From Thermoplasmata archaeon (GTDB taxonomy: Archaea > Thermoplasmatota > E2 > UBA202 > JdFR-43), in contig JAGGZK010000053.1 in assembly GCA_021162065.1 (NCBI GenBank), forward strand, positions 1 to 54,125: a stretch of DNA of 54,125 nucleotides. The letters are read 5' to 3'. The first letter of the stretch is position 1. Each line of letters begins with the position of its first letter. A program made the position numbers and the translations under genes. Under the pieces are notes generated by a model. That model made no database searches, was not told where the DNA came from, and was given only the letters and a program-made list of their open reading frames with translations. Below are positions 46,858-54,125 of the stretch, one piece after another.

Positions 46858-47019
46858 ATGGTGAAATGCGAATTCTGTTTGAATTTCAATGGTGTCACAT
46901 GCATAGAGCCCCACAGCGAAAAATATGGAAAGGAGATAGAGAATCCCATGGAGGACATAGATTGCCCGTATTATCTGGAAAAGGGCATAGCCGGGCTGGT
47001 GGGCATGGGAATGATTTGA
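46858..47019 (+). CDS. 53 aa Cys-rich small protein (not in ORF track)
   Basis: MVKCEFCLNFNGVTCIEPHSEKYG...DCPYYLEKG; TTTTATA about 25 nt upstream. Confidence 0.55.
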   Translation: MVKCEFCLNFNGVTCIEPHSEKYGKEIENPMEDIDCPYYLEKGIAGLVGMGMI

Positions 47020-47059
47020 TGGCGCAACATCTATTTAAGGCATTTTTCATGTAATAAGT

Positions 47060-49723
47060 GTGCTTCATCCAGAAATAGAAAAGGTGATGCAGAAACTGGG
47101 CATTTCCAGCCTCACATTACCGCAGGAGAGAGCAATACCAAAAATTCTGGAGGGAAAGCACTGTCTGATAATAGCACCCACAGGTCTGGGGAAGACGGAG
47201 GCGGCATTGCTTCCGGTATTTCATCTTTTCCTGGAGGAGAGAAAAAGAAGGGAAATGAAAGGCATAAACATCCTTTACATCACCCCCCTCCGGGCCCTCA
47301 ACAGAGACATGCTTCGCAGAACCATGGAATGGGGAAAGGCATTGAATATAAAAATAGGGGTTCGTCATGGTGACACCACAAAATATGAAAGGAGAAGACA
47401 GATGCTGCATCCCCCGAATATGCTTATCACAACTCCGGAAACGTTGCAGATTCTTCTCTCCGGCAGGAGATTGAGGGAGGGTCTGAAAAATGTAGGATGG
47501 GTGATTGTGGACGAAATCCACGAACTGGCGGGAGGCGAGAGGGGGGCACAGATGGCTGTGGCACTGGAAAGGCTGCGGAAAATCGCCGGCGATTTTCAGA
47601 GAATCGGTTTATCCGCCACCATAGGAAATCCTGAGGAGGTGGCAAGATTTCTGAATCTGGAGGGGGCAGAAATAGTGGATGCCATGGGAGAGAAGGCAAT
47701 GGAAATAGAGGTGGAAGTCCCTGAAGTAAAGGAGGAAGATCATGGCATCGCGGAAAAGATGGAATTGGGAGTTGAATCCGCATCTCTCCTTAGAAGGGTG
47801 AAGGAGGTCATAGAAAAGCATGAGGCCACTCTCTTCTTTGTGAATACCAGGGATGCGGCGGAGATACTGGCCGCCCGCCTCAAGGAGATGGGGGCGGATA
47901 TAGAGATACATCATGGTTCTCTTTCAAGGGAGGCGAGGATAGAGGCGGAGGAAAGGTTCAAAAAGGGTGAGGTGAAAGCCCTTATATGCACTTCATCGCT
48001 GGAGCTGGGAATAGACGTGGGTCAGGCGGATTTTGTTCTGCAGTATAACTCTCCCAGACAGGTGACAAGAATTGTTCAGAGAGTGGGAAGGAGCGGGCAT
48101 CGGGTTGGAAAGGTTTCCAGAGGGATGATAGTGGCCATAAATCCTGAAGAATATGCGGAGGCAAAGGTGATTGCAGAGAAGGCCATAAAGGGAGAGATAG
48201 AAAAGATAAGGATAAGGGAAAATCCCGTGGCAGTGATGGCGAATCAGATAATAGCGATGGCGGTGGAATATGGAGAGGTGAAGGAGAGTTTCGTCTATGA
48301 TGTATTGAAAAGGACATATCCCTTCAGAAATTTGGATATGGAGTTATTTCGGAAAGTTGTCGAGCAGCTCAGAAATAGTGGCATAATATGGGCTGAAAAT
48401 GGAATTATAAAGAGGAGGAGGAAATCCACCTTCTATTTCATAGATAACATATCCATGATTCCCGATGAGAAAAGTTACGATGTTCTGGATATATCTTCTG
48501 GCAAAAAAATAGGAAAACTGGATGAAGGCTTCGTAAGCAAATATTGCGAGGTGGGCTCAAGATTCATAATAAAGGGGCGGGCATGGGAAGTGGTGAAAAA
48601 GGATGAAATCATACACGTATCCCCTGTTGTCAGAACATATATTGTTCCGGACTGGGCTGGAGAGGAGATACCTGTACCTTTCGAGGTGGCAAGGGAGGTG
48701 GGAAAATTAAGGAGGATGGTGGCGGAGGGAAAAATAAAGGACAGGATAATGGAGGAGGAAATCAGGGAGCAGAAGGAAAAGGGATTCATTGTTCCTTCTG
48801 ACAGAATCATAACCATAGAGGGAAAGGGAAATGTTGTCTACATAAACACCCATTTTGGAACCAGGGTTAATGAAACTCTGAGTAAAATAATCGGCTCGTT
48901 GCTTGCTCAGAGGATCGGAGAGAGTATCGCCATGGAAAATGATGCGTATCGAATAAGATTTATAGTGCCCCACTCCATTGACAAAAAAATTGTGAAGGAC
49001 ATTCTTCTCTCCATAAAGCCAGAGGGTATTGAAGACCTTCTTCATATTATTCTGAAGAGATCTGCCTTCATAAAATGGGATGCGGTGAAGGTGGCCAGAA
49101 AATTTGGCATTCTGGAAAAGGATGCCAGCTATGAAAATTTCTCCATGGATAGGATAATGAATGCCTTCCGCAACACCCCTTTTATGGAGGAGGTGGTGGA
49201 CAGGGTGATATGGGAAAAAATGGATGTGGAGAATACGATGAAGGCGGTGAGGATGATAAGGGATGGAGAAATAGAGATAAAATTGCAGCCTCTTTCTCCA
49301 ATCTCGCTTGAGGGGGAGAAAGCAAGGAAGGAATTTTTGAGACCCTTTGGTCTCGATGCTTCCCTTCTTAAAGCCATAAAAAAGAGGATAGAGGAGACGG
49401 CGATAACAATGATATGCATGGCATGTGGCTATGAAATAAAAACAAGGGTGGAGAGGGCGCCCCTCACATGTCCAAAATGTTCCTCCAAGATGCTCGCCGT
49501 TACGAAAGGAAGCATAAAAGAAAAAAGCAGGGAGTGGCTCATGAAAAACGCCTCTTTGGTGGCGGCCTATGGAAAAAGGGCCATAATGGCCATGGCCGCC
49601 CATGGTGTCGGCCCAGATACTGCATCAAGGATACTTTCCATGGAAAAAAAGGGAGACGATTTTTTGAAGGAGATACTGAAGGCGGAAATAACTTATGCGA
49701 GGACGAGAAGATTCTGGGATTGA
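47060..49723 (+). CDS. lhr: Lhr family DEAD/DEAH helicase (archaeal, C-terminal Zn finger)
   Basis: APTGLGKT, DEIH, HHGSLS, CTSSLELGID, QRVGRSGH, RTRRFWD end. Confidence 0.93.
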   Translation: MLHPEIEKVMQKLGISSLTLPQERAIPKILEGKHCLIIAPTGLGKTEAALLPVFHLFLEERKRREMKGINILYITPLRALNRDMLRRTMEWGKALNIKIGVRHGDTTKYERRRQMLHPPNMLITTPETLQILLSGRRLREGLKNVGWVIVDEIHELAGGERGAQMAVALERLRKIAGDFQRIGLSATIGNPEEVARFLNLEGAEIVDAMGEKAMEIEVEVPEVKEEDHGIAEKMELGVESASLLRRVKEVIEKHEATLFFVNTRDAAEILAARLKEMGADIEIHHGSLSREARIEAEERFKKGEVKALICTSSLELGIDVGQADFVLQYNSPRQVTRIVQRVGRSGHRVGKVSRGMIVAINPEEYAEAKVIAEKAIKGEIEKIRIRENPVAVMANQIIAMAVEYGEVKESFVYDVLKRTYPFRNLDMELFRKVVEQLRNSGIIWAENGIIKRRRKSTFYFIDNISMIPDEKSYDVLDISSGKKIGKLDEGFVSKYCEVGSRFIIKGRAWEVVKKDEIIHVSPVVRTYIVPDWAGEEIPVPFEVAREVGKLRRMVAEGKIKDRIMEEEIREQKEKGFIVPSDRIITIEGKGNVVYINTHFGTRVNETLSKIIGSLLAQRIGESIAMENDAYRIRFIVPHSIDKKIVKDILLSIKPEGIEDLLHIILKRSAFIKWDAVKVARKFGILEKDASYENFSMDRIMNAFRNTPFMEEVVDRVIWEKMDVENTMKAVRMIRDGEIEIKLQPLSPISLEGEKARKEFLRPFGLDASLLKAIKKRIEETAITMICMACGYEIKTRVERAPLTCPKCSSKMLAVTKGSIKEKSREWLMKNASLVAAYGKRAIMAMAAHGVGPDTASRILSMEKKGDDFLKEILKAEITYARTRRFWD

Positions 49724-49777
49724 TGAAAGGGAGGATAAAAAGAAAAATAATTAATACCTCGCCATGATTTCCAGCAA

Positions 49778-50680
49778 ATGATAGAAGTGAGTAACCTCCG
49801 GAAGGAATATGATGGCGTTGTCGCCGTTGATGGCATTTCCTTTAAAGTGGAAAAGGGTGAAATTTTTGCATTGCTTGGCCCTAATGGAGCGGGAAAAACA
49901 ACAACCATAAAATCAATACTGGGGCTCATAAATTATGAGGGGGAGATAAAAATAGAAGGCAAGGAAGCGAGAAGCAATGAAAAGGAAATAAAAAGAAAAC
50001 TCGGTTATCTGCCGGAGAAGGTGGCATTCTATGACAACCTCACGGCCATCCAGACACTCCAGTTTTTTGCAGAACTCAAGGGGCTCAAAAATGTGGACTT
50101 CATGGCTCTTCTTAAGGAAGTGGGACTTGAGAAGGATGCTGAAAGAAAGGTGGGGGGGTACTCCAAAGGAATGCTTCAACGTCTCGGTTTTGCCCAGTGC
50201 ATTATGGGTTCTCCTTCTCTCCTTATTCTCGATGAGCCCACCACCGGACTGGATGCCGTTGGGGCCTATGAATTGAGGGAGAAAATAAAAAGGTTGAATG
50301 AGGAAGGCGTCACCATTCTTCTCTCCTCCCATATACTTTCGGAGGTGCAGGAACTCAGTCACAGGGTGGCGATAATGAACAAGGGAAAGATAGTGGCAAT
50401 AGATACGGTGGAAAATCTGAGCAAGAAATTTGAGGTGGAGCCGAGGTTGAGGGTAGAACTGCAGCGGCCCTCTGACTACATCCTCAAACTCGTGAAGGGA
50501 ATAAAATCTGTGAAAGATGTTAAAGCAGATGGAAATGTTCTTGAAATTTTATGCCCTCCCAGCGCCAAACTCTCCATCATAAATACCATTGAAGAAGCGG
50601 GAGGAAAAATACTTGATTTCAAAACCGTGGAGCCAACCTTAGAGGAAATTTTCATAAAGGTGGTGAAGGAGAATGAATGA
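49778..50680 (+). CDS. ABC transporter ATP-binding protein
   Basis: GPNGAGKTT, YSKGM, LDEPT, SSH. Confidence 0.95.
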   Translation: MIEVSNLRKEYDGVVAVDGISFKVEKGEIFALLGPNGAGKTTTIKSILGLINYEGEIKIEGKEARSNEKEIKRKLGYLPEKVAFYDNLTAIQTLQFFAELKGLKNVDFMALLKEVGLEKDAERKVGGYSKGMLQRLGFAQCIMGSPSLLILDEPTTGLDAVGAYELREKIKRLNEEGVTILLSSHILSEVQELSHRVAIMNKGKIVAIDTVENLSKKFEVEPRLRVELQRPSDYILKLVKGIKSVKDVKADGNVLEILCPPSAKLSIINTIEEAGGKILDFKTVEPTLEEIFIKVVKENE

Positions 50681-51506
50681 AATTGTTGCCATAGCCAAAA
50701 AGGAATTCATGGACAACTGGAGAAATAAATGGGTTATTGCCGTTTCCTCCATCTTTGTTATACTAACGCTGGTGATTTCCTACTTCGGCTCAGGATTTGG
50801 TTCGGGAGGCGTGGGATGGAAGGATCTGGATGTGACGATAGCAGGGATGATGACCCTGGTTTCCATACTCATACCCATCATAGGACTTATGCTTGGCTAT
50901 GCGGCCATTGTGGGAGAAAGAGAGAAAGGTTCTCTTGAGCTTCTTCTTTCATATCCGGTAAAGAGAGAGGAGGTTATTGCAGGAAAATTTATTGGTCTTG
51001 GCGCAGTGATGGCAATGGCAAATTTCATAGGTTTCGGAATTGCTGGCATCATAATAGGAATAAATGTGAAGGATGTGGCATGGGGTGATTATTTCATTTT
51101 TATACTGTCTTCCATCCTGCTGGGGCTTGTTTTCATTTCAATAGCCCTGTTCTTTTCCTCCATATTCAAAAAACGCTCCACGGCCATGGGCGGCGCCATC
51201 TTCCTTTGGTTCCTCTTTGAGATGATATGGGACATTGTGCTGGCCGGCATACTGATGGCCCAGTATGGTATTGGAAAGTTGAGCGACCCCGATTTTGTGG
51301 CCCCCTCGTATTATTACATAATTTCGTTAATGAATCCGGTAAAGGCCTATTCCACCCTCGCTGCCCTAAACATTTCCTCCATAAGCAGCAATCTCGGCAA
51401 CCTCCCCTCCTTTGTGAATACACCTTTCGTGCTTGCCATACTTTTTGCCTGGATGATTGTGATGCTGGCAGGAGGATACCTCATATTTAAGAGAAAGGAT
51501 TTATGA
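50673..51506 (+). CDS. ABC-2 type permease (NosY-like)
   Basis: IAKKEF, GEREKGSLELLLSYP, about 6 TM, FKRKDL end. Confidence 0.9.
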   Translation: MNEIVAIAKKEFMDNWRNKWVIAVSSIFVILTLVISYFGSGFGSGGVGWKDLDVTIAGMMTLVSILIPIIGLMLGYAAIVGEREKGSLELLLSYPVKREEVIAGKFIGLGAVMAMANFIGFGIAGIIIGINVKDVAWGDYFIFILSSILLGLVFISIALFFSSIFKKRSTAMGGAIFLWFLFEMIWDIVLAGILMAQYGIGKLSDPDFVAPSYYYIISLMNPVKAYSTLAALNISSISSNLGNLPSFVNTPFVLAILFAWMIVMLAGGYLIFKRKDL

Positions 51507-52343
51507 TTTCAGGAGTTTAACAACCTCTTCAGCAACGCTCACCATGCTGTAGGAACTTTCTATTGTATCCGTGGCCACCAGCCCATCACAACCCGCCTGT
51601 ATTATTCTTTCATCAGCATTCCCTATGAATAGGCCGTGGACGCAGGCGGCGTATATTTTGCTGGCTCCCCGCTTTTTCAACAGCTCCACCGCCTTTGCCA
51701 TGGTTCCCCCGGTGGAAATGATGTCATCGAGTATAAGAATCCTTTTCCCTTCCACATCCATGTTCTTTACTTCCATTCTCACCTCGCTTCCGCTTATCCT
51801 TGTTTTTTCGAAATGGTCGTAATCACATCCTATTATAGAAGAGGCCTTTTCTGCCATATGAAGGGCTCCTTTATCAGGGGCTATAACAGCATCCACCTTT
51901 TCTTTAAAATATTCTGCTATGGCTGGCACGCCATCGCATATCTCCGCCTCTATATCAAAAAATTTCAGAATGTGCTCCTTATGTGGGTTTATTAGAATAA
52001 CGTGGTTTGCATCCATTTCTATTAGTTTTGCCATTTTTTCTGCGCTTATTGCCTCTCCTTCCTCAAAAACCTTATCCTGTCTTCCATAGCCATAGTAGGG
52101 AATGACTATGTCCACTTTCGCATTCATCCTCTTCAAGGCATCCTGAATGATAAAAAGCTCCACCAGATTCTCATCAGGATAGGTGTTCTGCACCACCACG
52201 GCATGCTCTATCTTCTCATTGAATTTAACATAGCACTCTCCATCAGGAAATCTCTTTATGGAAACGTCTGCCAGTTCCATATTCATTAATCTGGCAATGT
52301 TTTTGGCAAGCATGGGCGAGGATGAGCCGGCAACAATCTTCAT
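51501..52343 (-). CDS. prs: Ribose-phosphate pyrophosphokinase
   Basis: RFPDGE, YGRQD, APDKGA, DDIISTGGT. Confidence 0.96.
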   Translation of the reverse strand: MKIVAGSSSPMLAKNIARLMNMELADVSIKRFPDGECYVKFNEKIEHAVVVQNTYPDENLVELFIIQDALKRMNAKVDIVIPYYGYGRQDKVFEEGEAISAEKMAKLIEMDANHVILINPHKEHILKFFDIEAEICDGVPAIAEYFKEKVDAVIAPDKGALHMAEKASSIIGCDYDHFEKTRISGSEVRMEVKNMDVEGKRILILDDIISTGGTMAKAVELLKKRGASKIYAACVHGLFIGNADERIIQAGCDGLVATDTIESSYSMVSVAEEVVKLLKS

Positions 52344-52372
52344 GATATGGAAATGCTCAAATGTTTTTAATT

Positions 52373-52663
52373 TTAATTGGTGATTGTTTTCATTATCACC
52401 TTCACAATATCATCAGCATCCGCGCCAACCATCTCCACATTTTCCGAAAAATGGTGTATTATGGGGAGTATTTTTTCCTTTTTGAGTTCGATATTTATTA
52501 GCATTTCCTCCAGTTCTTCCAATTTTTCCTCCGGATACATGAAGAAATCTCCACTGAACTTTATTTCCTCTATTCTTCCATTCTTTACCTTCATTCTGCA
52601 CTTGATGAGCTTTCCCCCTCTGACCTTCAATTCACCTCTTAAAATTCCATTCTCTGCTTTCAT
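52373..52663 (-). CDS. lplB: Lipoate-protein ligase accessory (C-terminal) subunit
   Basis: KVRGGKLI, IKFSGDFFMYPE; next to lplA catalytic gene. Confidence 0.85.
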   Translation of the reverse strand: MKAENGILRGELKVRGGKLIKCRMKVKNGRIEEIKFSGDFFMYPEEKLEELEEMLINIELKKEKILPIIHHFSENVEMVGADADDIVKVIMKTITN

Positions 52664-53369
52664 ATTTTTCCCTCAGTTTTTTCGCCTCCGATATCTCCTC
52701 CTGGGTAATTTCACCTTCGTAGAACCTTAAGTGCATTTTTTCCTCAAATCCCCCCATCAATGCCCTTTTTATTTCTTCCTCATCTAAGACTCCACCCTCT
52801 TTTTCCACGGATGTCACCCTCTCCTCCACATTCTTTATCTCCTTATCGCTTATCTTCTCCTTGCCCACCTTCAGCAGAGAAAACATCTTTTTGACATCCA
52901 CTCTCAGGAGCAATGTTCCATGTTGCAGAATATTCCCGTATTTCCTTGTCATGGCACTCCCCGATATCTTTTTCCCATTGACAACAATGTCATTTATCCC
53001 CCTATGCTCTGCATTCAAACCAAGATATCTCAGCCCCAGGGCAAGAGAGGAGCATATTAAGGAGTATATGTCCATTATTTTTTTTGGCAGCATTTCCTGA
53101 GGACACACAAAGGAGTAGGTTATCTCTCCGTTGCTATCATGGTACACCGCCCCCCCTCCCGTAATGCGTCTAACCACATCTATGTTTTGTTTTTCACATT
53201 CTTTCAGATTCACCTCTTCCTCCATGCTCTGAAAATATCCAATGGAGATGGCCGATGGCCTCCATTTATAAAAGCGGAGGGTTGGTGTGCCGCCTATTAA
53301 AATTGCCTCATCTATTGCCATATTTTCATATGCATCCCTCCACCCATCGTTTATGAGACGGAATTCCAT
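52632..53369 (-). CDS. lplA: Lipoate-protein ligase catalytic subunit
   Basis: NMAIDEA, RRITGGGAVYHD, NDI..GKKISGSA, QHGT. Confidence 0.93.
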   Translation of the reverse strand: MEFRLINDGWRDAYENMAIDEAILIGGTPTLRFYKWRPSAISIGYFQSMEEEVNLKECEKQNIDVVRRITGGGAVYHDSNGEITYSFVCPQEMLPKKIMDIYSLICSSLALGLRYLGLNAEHRGINDIVVNGKKISGSAMTRKYGNILQHGTLLLRVDVKKMFSLLKVGKEKISDKEIKNVEERVTSVEKEGGVLDEEEIKRALMGGFEEKMHLRFYEGEITQEEISEAKKLREKYESREWNFKR

Positions 53370-53451
53370 GAGAATAAAGGGATGGAAATATATTTCTGTT
53401 GTCCTTGTCATATAAGTTTTTCTCCTATAAAAACTGTTGTAGAATCGGATC

Positions 53452-54125
53452 TCATATGCCCATTATTATTGAAAACATTTCTCTTCCAAAAAGAATTGTA
53501 AAAATCAATGCCACAAGTATGATGGGTGCCATGGGATAGGATATGAATATGGAAACATCATCGCAGCATTTCTTTAATGTGCTTATTTCTCCCTTTGATA
53601 TTCCGGTATGTTTTGGTATGAGAAGAGCCTCCATTCCCCTGCTCCCAATTCTTCTCCTTTTGATTGCCTTAATTATCAAAGATGGCTCTTCCTCAATTCT
53701 CACAATTTTTCCGTTTTTAATATAGATGCTCTCCGCCAGTATTTCTCCCACAATTTTATTCGAAACCTTTACTTTTTTCCTGCACGGAAGAAAGGAGGAG
53801 GAGATATCTCCTATTATGAAAAACATGATGAGAGAGGTAAGAATGGCAATATTTCGGGAAACATTTTCCAGAAGAAAATATGAAAGCATCGGAAGAGTTA
53901 TTATTAGTACCATCGCCACAGCAAATATTTTTCCTTTTTTCTCCCTCATCGCCTGTATCATCCCAAATATGAAATAATGGACAAGGGAGGAAAAAGCCAG
54001 CATCATGAAAAATGAGGGGATAAACTCGATACCATAATTTGGGGAGAGAAGGGATATCAATCCCATAATAAGCTTCGCATCCCCTCCGCCCCACATCCCC
54101 GCCCGCCATATAAGCCAGATTATAA
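53452..54125 (-). CDS. A24 family prepilin/preflagellin peptidase (5'-truncated by window edge)
   Basis: WGGGDAKL catalytic motif, polytopic, C-terminal PMAP; frame open to the edge. Confidence 0.8.
   Translation of the reverse strand, partial: IIWLIWRAGMWGGGDAKLIMGLISLLSPNYGIEFIPSFFMMLAFSSLVHYFIFGMIQAMREKKGKIFAVAMVLIITLPMLSYFLLENVSRNIAILTSLIMFFIIGDISSSFLPCRKKVKVSNKIVGEILAESIYIKNGKIVRIEEEPSLIIKAIKRRRIGSRGMEALLIPKHTGISKGEISTLKKCCDDVSIFISYPMAPIILVALIFTILFGREMFSIIMGI

Overview
Archaeal genomic window, most consistent with a thermophilic, anaerobic Thermoplasmatota lineage (rpl40e, split LplA/LplB, BpsA, IorAB, Por, Lhr, archaeal tRNAs without encoded CCA). Positions 1 to ~12.25 kb are the right part of an integrated element (pleomorphic-virus-like or pT26-2-like provirus) inserted at tRNA-Glu(CTC). 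It carries a spike-like protein, a run of small membrane proteins and a P-loop NTPase, an AT-rich accessory region, a divergent regulator pair, small Zn-finger genes and a tyrosine integrase whose reading frame ends inside the tRNA. The most unusual structure is in the accessory region: three membrane/surface cargo genes sit behind a wHTH repressor and each is followed by a copy of the repressor's own 3' end, two as 30-32 aa mini-ORFs and one fused in frame. This looks like a repeat-delimited gene-cassette array. The remaining ~42 kb is host housekeeping and metabolism. It includes a candidate translational RNA switch upstream of speD-bpsA, a ~100 bp inverted-repeat element, a catalytically degenerate IPCT/DIPPS-like fusion and a tRNA-Leu overlapping a CDS. 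All protein calls are from motif recognition by eye; no database searches were run.
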